Of a stretch of 64,000 nucleotides of DNA, positions 51,605 to 64,000 are shown one piece after another. The stretch comes from Octopus vulgaris (lineage: Eukaryota), in contig OX597837.1 in the NCBI GenBank assembly GCA_951406725.2, positions 10,168,001-10,232,000 of the forward strand, in the 5' to 3' direction. The notes below the pieces were generated by a model that worked only from the letters and a program-made list of their open reading frames with translations, was not told the DNA's origin and made no database searches. Position numbers and translations under genes: made by a program. How positions within the stretch are numbered: the first letter of the stretch is position 1; each line of letters starts with the position of its first letter.

Positions 51605-52138
51605 CTCCTTAAGTACTATTCCGTTACTTCAAGTGGAAGAAGTGTTCCCTATAGTGACGCGGTACCCTAGTGACCTCGAGCGAATGAAAAGCAGTTGGGT
51701 TCGGCGGGATTTGATCCCAGAGCTCAACGAATCTCTCAATGTTTTCTTTCTACCCCACGCTGTTACAAATTTGCCAATTCACTAACTCTGTCACCCACTT
51801 ATACCCCCGTACACAATTATTTTTTTTATTTGTTTGTCATTACGCTGCGGCCATGCTGGAGCACCGCCCTGTAAACTATTTAGTCGAATGAATCAACCCC
51901 AGGACTTATTATTTTGTTAAGTCAGGTACTTATTCTATCGTTCTCATTGCCGAACTGCAAAATTACAAGGACGTAGACACACCAACACCTGCCGTCGAGC
52001 GATGGTGGAACAGACACACACACACACACGACAGCTTTGGACGGCCTGAAGCTATAGTGGAAGACACTTGCCGAAGGTGCCACGCAGCGGGACTGAACCC
52101 GGAACCATGTACTTTGGAAGCAAGCTTCTTACCACACA

Positions 52139-52188
<50 letters not shown>

Positions 52189-52373
52189 TGCATGTATATA
52201 TACTATTTTGACTTGTTTCAGTCATTTGGCTGTGACCAGGACTTATTCTTTGTAAGCCTAGTACTTATTCTATCGCTCTCTTTTGCCCAACCTGCTATGT
52301 TACACACCACCATCGGTTGTCAAGCGATGTTGGGGGGGGGGACAAACACAGACACATAAACACATACATATAT

Positions 52374-52398
52374 ATTGACAAACACGGAAAACAGACAG

Positions 52399-52440
<42 letters not shown>

Positions 52441-52465
52441 CTGTCTGTTTTCCGTGTTCGTCAAT
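52374..52465. repeat. near-perfect 92-bp palindrome centred on (AT)n
   Basis: ATTGACAAACACGGAAAACAGACAGTC-(AT)n-GACTGTCTGTTTTCCGTGTTCGTCAAT, one mismatch. Confidence 0.9.
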
Positions 52466-52495
52466 TCGTGAATTTCACGTTCTTTATATATAAAG

Positions 52496-52546
<51 letters not shown>

Positions 52547-53180
52547 GAAATGAGGTACTCAGAAGATCAGATGGTTTATATTTACAGATCTTTATTTGTA
52601 TATTACATTTTTTATATATATATCATATCACTTAGATCATTAGCGCTTTCTCCCATATATATACACACACATATATACTACGGGCTCTTTTTAGTTTCCG
52701 TCATCCAAATTCACTCACAAGGTTTTGGTCGGCCCGAGGCTATAGAAAAAGGCACTTGCCCAAGGTGTCCCGCAGTGGGGCTGAACACGGAACCATTCGG
52801 TTCGTAAGCAAACTACTTACCACACAGCCACTCCTACGCCTTATATATGTAAGTAAAAGAATGAAGATGTGTAGTGACCAGTGTTGTGTGTATGGCAGAG
52901 AGAGAGAGAGAGAGAGGGTTGGGCAGAGAATGTGATCTAGAAATTAGGTAACTAACCACACCTAAATTTTCACCCGAGTAGTTCAGGATTTAGAAATGAA
53001 ATATATTGAAAGCATTTTTTTTTTCTTTTTTTCTTTTTTTTTTTTGTAAATTACATGAATAAATTATATTGTGTTACCAGCGAATAAAAAAAAAATATAA
53101 TAATAAAATAACAACAGCCAGCCATATCATTATACCTGCTTCACTAGTTCTATGTGAATTTACCAAGGTAATAACAACAG

Positions 53181-53219
<39 letters not shown>

Positions 53220-53653
53220 TTAAGTTTTGGAAAAGGACATAAGGACGGTGTACCGTAGAGAGGGAGTGAAACAGAATTCATTCATATCGTGACCTAATTC
53301 AGAGCATTTCACTATCTTTCAGGAGACAGCGAGACGGCCATATTGTGCGCGCGTGTGTGTGTGAGAGAGAAAGAGGGAGAGGTGGGGAGAGCAAGTGGAA
53401 TGGGAAAGTAGGGGAGATAGAGAGATAGCTGGCTTATTCTGTTTTTCTTCCTTCCTTCCTTCTTTTCTTTCTTAACTGTTTCTTAAAAGTCAAAAAAGAC
53501 ACCAACCACCTGCTTGTCTATAAGCAACCCACCGAATGGAACACACACACACACACACACAGGATTCGTGGGGATGAATAAGTTTAATTATAATACTGAC
53601 CACCACCAAAAGCTTTCTTAGTCGGAGCAGACCGCCCCACATAACTTATATTT

Positions 53654-54075
53654 GGATCTTTTCGGTTTGAACGGCAGTTTTTTTTAAATAATTTCCACCT
53701 AACTAAACACTTTTAAACTTCGTATACTGGTAGAATGTGTTTATAAACATCTTTTTCTCTTGGCTTTATTGAGAAAATTCTATAGTTTGTAAGATATTTG
53801 TTGTTTTTTTTCTTCGATTTCTGCAATTTCAACCAATCAGTGACGTCTATTGAGGTAAAAAAAAAAAAATTCTGTGCCGTATGAATATGTCCCTCGTTTA
53901 AGAGACAGATTGGGTTTATTTACATTTGTGAAGAAAAAAAGATACCCTTCCCCCATCCCTAACCCTAACCCTAAAACAGATTGAAATGCAATAGATCGAT
54001 ACTAGGGTCATAATTATGGGTGACAATTTCACATGACACCGCTAGAAAAAACTGCCGCTCAAACCGAAAAGATCC
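53654..54075. mobile_element. Merlin-like MITE, second copy
   Basis: TIRs begin GGATCTTTTCGGTTTGA. 8-bp TSD TTATATTT at 53646-53653 and 54076-54083. GG termini with an 8-bp TSD favour Merlin over hAT. Confidence 0.85.
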
Positions 54076-54344
54076 TTATATTTTACAAGCCTCATACTAA
54101 TTCTATTGGTCTATTTTGCTGAACCACTAAGTCACGAAGATATAAACAAAATAAAACCGGGTGTAAAGCAAAAGCAGTCGGACAAACACACATTTATAAC
54201 AGGATGCTAAACCCCTTTTGTTCGAAAGTATAAGGTACACAGATAGTGGGTCGTATAGCCAGCTGGAGACGATGTTTCCTGGGGCTAAATAACAGTAACA
54301 TTCGCCCTAACTCAGGAATGCCACGGTATATTGGCAAATAATCT

Positions 54345-54385
<41 letters not shown>

Positions 54386-54786
54386 GGCGCAGGAGTGGCT
54401 TTGTGGTAAGTAGCTTGTGTACCAGCCACATGGTTCCGGGTTCAGTCCCACTGCGTGGCACCTTGGGCAAGTGTCTTCTACTATAGCCTCGGGCTGACCA
54501 AAGCCTTGTGAGTGGATTTGGTAGACGGAAACTGAAAGAAGCCCGTCGTATATATGTGTGTGTGCGTGTGTGTTTGTGTGTCTGTGTTTGTCCCCCTAGC
54601 ATTGCTTGACAACCGATGCTGGTGTTGTGTTTATGTCCCCGTTACTTAGCGGTTCGGCAAAAAAGACCGATAGAATAAGTACTGGGCTTACAAAGAATAA
54701 GTCCCGGGGTCGAGTTGCTCGATTATATAAGGCGGTGCTCCAGCATGGCTGCAGTCAAAATGACTGAAACAAGAGAAAAGAGAAAA
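54386..54786 (+). mobile_element. SINE family A, full-length copy
   Basis: Complete head GGCGCAGGAGTGGCT through to the tail. Confidence 0.9.
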
Positions 54787-55078
54787 GGAGATATATATAT
54801 ATAGGGATATATATAGAGAGAGAGGAGGGGAGACTGACTCTTGACGAAGAGTATGGCGTGTGATTTGGGTAATTTCTTAAAACCGTGCTTGTTATGCTTG
54901 TTATGACTGAACCGAATCAATGCGTATCGAGGGCTGCTATTTCGAGCAACCATTTATACAAGCTTCTTCGTTGCCACATCAATGAATCATGGCGGAAAGT
55001 TCCTTGAATGAGGAAAAACAAAAATAACTTGGCTGGCGTAGTTATGACATTACATATCGGTTAAAGGAGCCAGTTGTG

Positions 55079-55191
55079 TGACGCCATTGGTCTTTTCTTT
55101 TTAAAGTTATTTGTGACGTCATTCGTCTTTGCTGTTTAAAGTCATTTGTGACGTCATTCGTCTTTGCTTTTTAAAGTCACTTATGACGTCA
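55079..55191. promoter_or_regulatory. 35-bp tandem repeat with phased CRE palindromes
   Basis: TGACGCCA at 55079, then TGACGTCA at 55114, 55149 and 55184. Regulatory function is only inferred. Confidence 0.4.
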
Positions 55192-55278
55192 GTTGTATTT
55201 TTTCAGCCTGACACCTACAGGGGCAAAAGAAAGAGTCCCCGGTCTATTTGTAGATCGGCGACAAGAATATCAATAGAT

Positions 55279-55319
<41 letters not shown>

Positions 55320-55620
55320 CGCTATGGTTTATTTTATCTCAAAATTTAAAAAAAGCAGAGGTCACGTGAAGGTCATAAAAATAAAGATTCAGGACACAAG
55401 CCTGAGAGAGAGAGGAGGGGAAGGAAAGAAGGGCAGAAAGGGAGAGAAAGAGAGAGAGAGAGAGAGAGAAGTAACTTGAGGCCTTTCAGAAAATGGCCGT
55501 TGCTATCTTGAACAATTTTGCGAGAGGTGGTGCCACCTCTGATTTAAATATTAATCAGAAAATTGTAAGCTCGTGAACATACATAAACCAGTACGTTTGC
55601 AACATATACTATAAGGGGTA

Positions 55621-55837
55621 AGGCGGCGAACTGGCAGAACCGATAGCACGCCGGGCGAAATGCGTAGCCATTACGTTCTGAGTTCAAATTCCGCCGAGGT
55701 CGACTTTGCCTTTCATCCTTTCGGGGTCGATAAATTAAGTACCAGTTACGCACTGGGGTCGATGTAATCGACTTAGTTCGTTTGTCTGTCCTTGTTTGTC
55801 CCCGCTGTGTTTAGCCCCTTGTGGGTAGTAAAGAAAC
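55621..55837 (+). mobile_element. SINE family C monomer with a ~15-bp TSD
   Basis: AACATATACTATAAG on both sides. Confidence 0.88.
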
Positions 55838-56359
55838 ATATACTATAAGAGAACACGTGGAATGAAATGCTGAAAGTATCTCATTTTGACTGAATTATGA
55901 AAATTACCAACGCCCTAAACGAAGGGCAATTGCGTTGATGATGCCTATTGGAGTACAAACGCGTCCTCTTATCACCAGACAATGAATCTGTACTTTTCCC
56001 TTAATGCCATGTCAACTTCGAGCCTTCGATTTTGGATCTAAAGATCATCGCCCTGGAGTTAATGTTAACTGGCATTTGGCAATTAAGATATATCTTCTAG
56101 AGGTGGAGATAATTTTATGCTGTTCTCAAGTACATGCAAATTTCAGTTGATTTTCTTGAGAGAGAGAAAAAGACCTTCAATTTGCTTATAAGGAGTCGTA
56201 GGAATGTCGCCGTGACACATGACGTGTCGAATGTATTTTAAGACCAGGTGGAACCTATCCCACTTTCTAGGGCCCGACTGCGACCGATTTTCTCCAAAAA
56301 GAGAAAAAGACATATAGAAAGAAAGAAAAAAGAATAAGAGAATGAGAAAAATTATTTGC

Positions 56360-56507
56360 GTTCGCCGCTGGAATAAGGAGTGGTTGGAGATCACGCGGTC
56401 TTTACCCTCAAATCGCCAGGCCTGGTCGGCGTTTGTGAGAGATGCAGCATTGAGGATGAATGAAGCCAGCTCAACCCACCCCGGGTGAATGTTGTCAAGT
56501 CAAAGTA
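56360..56507 (+). mobile_element. 3' end of an RTE-clade LINE
   Basis: Frame 56360-56488 reads VRRWNKEWLEITRSLPSNRQAWSAFVRDAALRMNEASSTHPG* (W.....A.DR..W-type RTE C-terminus), followed by a CAAGT-like tail. Confidence 0.65.
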
Positions 56508-57413
56508 CGAGACTGGTGCTTTAGCAAACCCGAAAGAATGGAAGACTGAGTTAATCTATACAAGGAGTTTGAACGCAGAACGTAGAGAGGGAACAGTTAC
56601 ACCAAAGCTATTTATTCGATGCGATCAACTAAAGCGAGATGAAAAAGATTAGAGGAGACAGAGGATTGGGGAAGGAGAGAGAGAGTGCAAAATGAGCAAC
56701 AGTGAAAAATGGAACGAAAACAAGTTTCGTTCGCCAATGAAAATGACCTATAAAAATTGATAAAAGGGTGGGAAAAACTTTAACCCACAGCAGACATATA
56801 CCTTAACCAACAGGTTCAAATTAAAACCCGTCGTATAAAAATAGATGAAATAATTTCTCTAAACTCCATGTGAATCTTACTTGTTGACAGTATATACTCT
56901 AACCATAATGCGGAGTATAGCAAAGCACAATGGCAAAAAGATTAACCAATGAGAAATAAGACCCGCAAACTTAGTTACGTGACTCCATATTTTATGCGAT
57001 GGCGTAAAAACTGGCCCTCCGCCGGTTACGACGACGAGGGCTCCAGTTGATCCGACCAATGGAACAGCCTGCTCGTGAAATTAACGTGCAAGTCCCTGAG
57101 CCCTTCACAAACACGCGTACTGAGAAAAATCAGCATGACTCCTAGTGTGGAAAAGATAACCCTTTAAATTACAGATACAACTCAACTCATTCCTAAGGTA
57201 TTTTTCGATGTTGTTGTTGCTGTTATTATTATTATCATTATTCAGGCCCCCTGCCTGGAATCGAACTCGGAATCTTGGGGGCTAGTATCCCGCGCTCTTA
57301 ACCACTACTGGAGGGTATATAAACCAAAACGTGTTAACAGCAAACAAGATGAGGACAAATATCCGTCAAATGTAAATAGTGTACATAATTCCCCATCTCT
57401 TATATATATATAA

Positions 57414-57706
57414 GAGCTGCTCTTCACTCCTGCTCCAGAGCGTCGGCTGCGGGGTCACTCCGAAAAGCTCTATCTGCGACGATTTCATCTCAATCGAAGG
57501 AGAGGGGCTTTCTCCGTCCGGGTTGCGGATCCGTGGAATAAGCTGCCGGACGAGATAGTGAAGATGCCGACGACCGCTCGGTTCAAAGTCTCTCTTGACC
57601 AGAAATGGCCTGAACTCTTTGCATGAACACCACCCTTACATAACACCATGTCCCCCTACATGGCCTTGTTTTTTTGCTTTTTGAGCCAAAAAATTAAATT
57701 AAAATC

Positions 57707-57710
<4 letters not shown>
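57414..57710 (+). mobile_element. short 3' end of a CR1-clade LINE inserted into (TA)n
   Basis: Frame 57414-57626 reads ...RLRGHSEKL...AFSVRVADPWNKLPDEIV...FKVSLDQKW*, the canonical CR1 ORF2 C-terminus. TA tracts lie on both sides. Confidence 0.85.
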
Positions 57711-57759
<49 letters not shown>

Positions 57760-58117
57760 TGTATGTGTGCGCGTACGTACATTGGCTAGGATATTACGAT
57801 TGACAAGTCTTTGATCATAGGTGTGTTCAGCCAGAACACGCCAGGGAATAAACAATATGTAGGTGAGAGCCCCGACCCTACCTATCTATCAACTCGTATA
57901 TCAAAGAAACGTGGCCCACTTGTACTTGGAAGTACAAGACGTTTGACAAAAATATCTATTATATTGTAACTGGGGGAAAGCTTAGTCATAAAACTCATTT
58001 GTTCGCGAATAGTCTTAATTTGCGTGGGTACATATTACGCATGCCCTGAATATGTGTATATGAATACCTAAAAATGTATATATATATATATGTATATACG
58101 TGTATGTGCGAGTTTAT

Positions 58118-58156
<39 letters not shown>

Positions 58157-58457
58157 CAGTGTGTGTACACGTACATACGTGCAGTATATATGCGAGACAC
58201 AGCAAGTGGAAATACCTAGGATGTTGGTGACGCAGGTATTTAACCAGCGTTATACAAACAAGCGATAGGAGTGGCTTCCTAGCTCTGTGTGTGCGTGTGT
58301 GGTTAAGATTTAGTGTTTCTTCTTAAATGACACACCCAAGCAATTGTTACAGAATCAATGAAGTGAAACATTAAACAAGAATAGAAACATGATAGCATTA
58401 TGTAAAGCTTGGTCGGGTCGTGCATGCGTGTGTGTAGACGCAGTATGGCACGACAGT

Positions 58458-58718
58458 AGTTCAAATTCCGCCGAGGTCGAATTTGCCTTTCATCCTTTCG
58501 GGGTCGATAAATTAAGTACCAGTTACGCACTGGGGTCGATATAATCAACTTAATACGTTTGTCTGTCCTTGTTTGTCCCCTCTGCGTTTAGCCCCTTGTG
58601 GGTAGTAAAGAAATAGGTATTTCGCCTCTGGCTACGTTCTAAGTTCAAATGCCTCAGAGGTCGACTTTGCGTTTTGTCCCCTCTATGTTTAGCCCCCTGT
58701 GGGCAGTAAAGAAATAAG
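58458..58718 (+). mobile_element. SINE family C, 5'-truncated dimer
   Basis: Standard junction AAAGAAATAGGTATTTCG at about 58607-58624. Confidence 0.8.
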
Positions 58719-60234
58719 AATCGTAGTTAATAAGTTAGCTGACAACTACGGGATCCAGAGTTCAATCCTCAAAATGCGTGTCATCTTGGGCAAACGTCAT
58801 TTTAAATAACCTCAAGACGACCCGTACCTTGTAAATGAAAATTGAGTACACGGAAACTGTAGAGAAGCCCAGCTGACGGATTGTACCAGTAATTTCTAAG
58901 GCGGCAAGATTATATCTGATCCTGCCTGGAAATTACCTTATGGCTTTCTTCCACGCAGATGAAGGAATATAACAAATATCATAGAAACAGCTGTAAGGCC
59001 TACTTATAAATGTTCTAAAATCTATACAGCCTTGGTTTTTTTTTATCTCACTACGGAAAAAAAAATTATATACACACGCTGGTATATAACCTCTAAGTTA
59101 GACCCCTTATTCATATAATCACCGAATCTGGAACTTAACTACGGTCTGTCCTTTGCACTTATTCAGCATCACCTGACACCTTTGGGTCTCAATATATATA
59201 GCGCAGAAAATAATTTTAAGCGCTTCCTATTCGGGTGCGTTAACGATTTTGCCAGTCAACAGTCCTTTTGTTCTTTTAGTCTTAAATTTAACCCAATAAT
59301 CCAGATTCAAACTTGCTTGTCTGTTTTGAGACTTTAGAAAATCTCTTTACAGAGATGATAATTGAAAATAATTAAAAAGCAGGTGTTCACCGACGTAGAC
59401 AACTTTAATCAAGCATTACACAGCATGAGATTGAATTTACATAAGTGCACTCAAGTGTAACAGAGTAGAAAGGCCTCGTTTCAAAAGGTTGGAAACTAAA
59501 CAGTAGATACTACAATGACAAGTTTAAAACATAAAAATAGAAAAAATCTAACTCTACAGTCCTATGCTGTATGGTGTAATACTTGTATAAATCCACTCGC
59601 CGTCATCATCATCATCATCGGCTTTCAATCCTTTCACTGAGAATTTGTCACGTTGCCTCAAATTTGATATATCTCAACAAAAATAGTTCCAAACATTGAC
59701 ATTCTTCAACGAACGACAGACTGGTATGTAAAACTGTTTTCTCTGTAATTAAGGGTAATGAAATTTTGAATGGATATAATTGATTGCTGCAGGAAAAGTG
59801 TTAACGATCATCTTCCACGCTGGCACGATATGAACAGAACACGATAGGTTTGAAAAGTGCATCCTACATCAATGTCTCTTTTTAGCAAGGTTCCTATGGC
59901 TGGATGCCCTTCTTAACGCCAAACGCTTTACAGAATATTAGTAATTAATACAAATAAACAACTTCGTAAGCATTGATTTTATATGTCACGCAAAAGAAAC
60001 AGAATTAGTGGAAAATCGATAAAGCTTCAATAGGCAAACCAGAGAACTTTGTTTCAGTCCAACAGTAGACTTTATACAAACATGGTAACCAAGCTGTACT
60101 ACATACCTACTACACAAAACAAATTCAAAGTCGTGTGCACTGCTTGTTGTATTTGTTATTTCAAATATTGAGCATTTCTCTCTCCTAAGGAAAGGGAGCT
60201 CAATGTACAGAGTCGTAAAAACGAATATATTCGG

Positions 60235-60695
60235 TATCGGCACGTAAAAACAACCATTTTAGTGGGGTCAATGCCAGTGTTGCCTGACTGGTCCCGTGCC
60301 GGTCGGTGGCACATAAAAAAGGCACCATTCGAGTGTGGTCGATGCTAGTGCTGCCTGAGTGGTCCCGTGCTGGTTGGTGGCACGTAAAAAAAAAAACACC
60401 ATTCGAGCGTGGCCATTGCCAGTGCCGACTGACTTGCTCCTGTGCCGGTGGAACGAAGAGAGCACCATTCAACCGTGGCCGTTGCCAATACCGACAGACT
60501 GGCCCCCGTGCTGGTGGCATGTAAAAAGCATCCACCACACTTTTAGGGTGGTTGGCATTAAGAAGGGCATCAAGCTGTAGAAACATTGCCAGTTCAGATT
60601 GGAGCCAGGTGCAGCCCTCTAGCTCACCAGCCCTCAGTCACACCGTCCAACCTATGCCAGCATGGAAAATGGACTTTAAACCACGATGATGATGA
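60235..60695 (+). mobile_element. RTE-tailed SINE-like family D copy
   Basis: Several GTGCCGGTGGCACGTAAAAA-type units, AGAAGGGCATCAAGCTGTAGAAA and a (GAT)n tail. Confidence 0.75.
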
Positions 60696-61016
60696 AGGAT
60701 CAAAACTCCTTGAGTCGTGGACATTTTTCTTTCTTTTCATCTTGGAAAATTTAATGAATATACTGAATATAATAAATATACTCTACTGAAAAGCATTGAA
60801 TTATTCTTTAGTTTAATGTTAAATTATAATAAATTAAAATAAGGGAATAAGGGATTAGGTCATGAATTTCATTTGCACACGCCTGTTTCTGCTATAAGAT
60901 GCAATGCACTCTCAGTTGAGTGCTTGTGTATCACCCAACAGCTTCATCAGAGCTTCAAAAAAAAAAAAAATCAAATATATATCGTAAATGGATACGTTAA
61001 TGCTCTTTAGATAAGT

Positions 61017-61096
<80 letters not shown>

Positions 61097-62414
61097 AAGT
61101 AAAGATATTTTAACCGGTGACTCATAAAAAAAATTGTGATTAGTAACCACTGCACCCATGTTCATGTCATTCACTCCTTGAGGATAGAAGTTCAAGCGAG
61201 GTTAAATTTTGTTTAAATAACTTTTATTTTAAAACTTTTTTTTTTGCATTTTTTAATAAATGTTTTCCCTGTAAAATTGAAGACAGAATATAGAAAATCA
61301 AAGACAATTCTTAAAAAAATATATACAATTTTTCTCTCATTTTTTTTTTGACCATGTTGATCAGAGAGATCGAAGTGAGCCGATTAATAGGGAAAAAAAA
61401 AACAAAGATTACTTGAAAATTACTCGATTGGCTTATTAATAAATTAATCAATAATAAAATCAATAAACAGAATAATGACAGATGGACTGATTGATGGATG
61501 GACGGATAGGTTTAATGAATGAATTGATGGACGGATCGATGGATGTAATGTGTATGGACGGTTTTAATAAATGGATTGATAGATGGATCGATAGATGGAT
61601 CGATAGATGAATGCATAAGTTCAAAGAACTGAAATTTTGGTATTGTTGTTGATACTGCTGCTGGTGCTGTTGTTGGTTGGTTGGTTGTTTGGTTAGTCGG
61701 TTGGTAGGTAGTGGTACGTATGAACTAGGTGGCGCCAACGCTGCTCTGTTATTCCACAGGGTGGATGAGTATGATCTAGTCATGACTAACTATCATCCAC
61801 ATGGACCAGAAGCATATTCAACCACGCTAAGGAAAACACCGTGAGAGAGGTAGGGGTCTCACAACAAAAACCCCACAACAACAACAAAAAAAAACAGTTT
61901 GTGGAGTCTTACAACAATAACCCCACAACAACAAAAAAACAGTTTATTACTTGCTGCTTACGACTTTCCTCCATTTTTTAAAAAATATATATAAATGTTA
62001 ATTATTTGGATTAGTTCGCAGTTTTCTTCAGAGATTAATTTATTTCGTTCGTTATTTTTTTTTTCATAATTAGAAAAAAAAAACCATGTTAATTTTTTTT
62101 TTACTCTTTGACTAATATTATAAACTTAAAACTAATTATTATTACAAAAGAAACTTACCACAGATTACACAACACAATAAGTATATATGTAATATATATA
62201 TTATATATATAATGTATGTACACACATACACATTATTGAAGAGAGAAAGAGAGAGAGAGATACGTGACAAAGGGTGGCAAAATTTGTAATTTGAAAACAT
62301 TTAGCTATCGATATAAGTTTAAAGAAGGTAAAAAAAAAAAAAAAAGAAAAATCGACTGAAATCATTACAAACAAGATAATCGAAATCCTGATAAAGTGAA
62401 CTCAATATATATAT

Positions 62415-62620
62415 ATATGAAAGAAAAAAAGTGTTCAGAATGCTGGATGGTTGTAAAAATATATATTTATTTACATATCACATTATTTCTTAACATTAGC
62501 GCTCTGGTGAAACTACAGGAGTAGTTGAAAGCGTTAATATGAAGAAATAATATGTGATATGTAAATAAATATATATTTTTACAACCATCCAGAATTCTGA
62601 ACACCTATTTTCTTTCATAT
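62415..62620. repeat. fold-back inverted repeat (~90-bp arms) whose spacer is a hammerhead core/stem II
   Basis: Arms at 62415-62503 and 62530-62620. The centre reads CTGGTGA-AACTAC-AGGA-GTAGTT-GAAA. Confidence 0.85.
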
Positions 62621-62654
62621 TGTATTAAATCTGTACATCACCCACAATACTTCT

Positions 62655-62696
<42 letters not shown>

Positions 62697-63224
62697 TTCA
62701 GCAAAATTTAGATTCAAATGAATAGGGTACTTAAAGTTATATGCACCAGAATTTTGTATGGTGTTATCCATATAAATCCATGGGGTGATTATAATAAAAA
62801 ATAAGCAACAAGAATATCTCCGAACCAAATTACCCGAGAGATATTCTTATTGCTTATTTTGATTATATATATATATATATATACATATATATACCTCAAA
62901 AATCGTACGCTACGTTTAAATATTTTTTTTTAAAATCATAACTGACTGTTGTATATATTGTGTGATGTATAATAAAGAAGAATAAAAAAAAAATAAAGAA
63001 GAAAAAAACTAGAATAAAAAAAGGTCTCGAGAGTTAAACGCACGAACTGTGAAAGTTGCCGGCAGCTTATAATAAATCCTTGCACACTTCCTGGCGGTCA
63101 CCTGTCAGATATGAATACTACTTCTACTATACTTGTGCTAATATAACTACTACTACTACTACTACTACTGTTACTACCATTGTTAATGACTGCTGCTGTC
63201 GCTGTTGCTATTACCACCGTTGAT

Positions 63225-63525
63225 AGTGAGAGAGAGAGAGAGAAGTAAGAGGTTACAAAGAAGCATGGGAGAGAAGAAAGCGGGAAGTGGAGAGAGGGGA
63301 GAGGAAAGAGAGATAGAAGAGGAGGGAGAGAGAATTAGAGAAGGGGAGGGAGAGAGAGAGAAAACTAGAGAAAGGGAGGGGGAAGAGGAAACTAGAGAAG
63401 GGGAGGGAGAGAGAGAAAACTAGAAGAGGAGAGAGAGGGGAAACTGGAGAAGAGGAGAGAGAGGGAACTGGAGGAGAGGAGAGAGAGAACTGTAGGAGAG
63501 GAGAGAGAGGGAGGGAGAGAGAGCG
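63225..63525. repeat. GA-rich polypurine low-complexity tract
   Basis: Direct inspection. Confidence 0.9.
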
Positions 63526-64000
63526 ATGGGGTGAGGGTTGAATAATAGATTGAGTTGATTGCTGGGCTAAAAACACCTGAATTGACACCTGAACTGGACG
63601 GGGAGAGAAGGAGGAGAAATGATTAACTGCTACTTAAGACACCGGAAACGTATTTAGGACATCACAACTAATCATACACACAATACTACTGACACATGTC
63701 ACAACCTCTGTCATAGCTACGACAGTCACCCGAGCAACCTCAGTCGTAAACTCAAATCACAACGGCCGACGGTCTAACTCAGTACTAAACACGTCAGAGG
63801 TACCACAACCACCACGACCATCACTAAACACTTATCAAATCATTCATCAATCATCATCATCATCATCATATAACCTCTATTTTATCATGCTTACATGGCT
63901 AGAATAAATTTTCTACGGCCAGATGCCCCTCATGTCACCAACCATCACCTGTTTCCAAATAAGGAAATGTTCGATTTCCGCCGAGGTCAACTTTGCCTTT

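Overview
This is AT-rich, repeat-saturated eukaryotic DNA with no intact, recognisable host gene. The tRNA-derived SINE families and the density of (TA)n/(TACA)n/(GATA)n microsatellites suggest an octopus (coleoid cephalopod) intron or intergenic region; that assignment is inferred from repeat content. Most ORFs in the supplied track are microsatellite or SINE artefacts. Real coding remnants are retroelement pieces: a 5'-truncated CR1-group RT ORF (13644-14759), a short CR1 3' end (57414-57626), an RTE 3' end (56360-56488), two L1/Tx1-like 3' ends (4826-5160, 45537-46035) and a decayed Penelope-like (PLE) RT (about 46500-47450, minus). There are also non-autonomous DNA elements (Helitron, HINE/Helentron-like, pogo/Tc1, hAT, two Merlin-like MITEs) and a few candidate minus-strand host exons. 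Main findings: (1) a dispersed set of type-I hammerhead-ribozyme motifs with long stem II and self-complementary stem III, two with intact cores (15160-15245, 27450-27523). Most lie beside (TA)n tracts and several are built into fold-back palindromes. (2) Two LINE/SINE partnerships visible within the window, one with a covarying 3' stem-loop. (3) SINE concatemers that restart at fixed internal positions, plus unusually long flank duplications. (4) A 35-bp tandem repeat carrying phased CRE palindromes. All structures were read by eye; no folding or database search was run.
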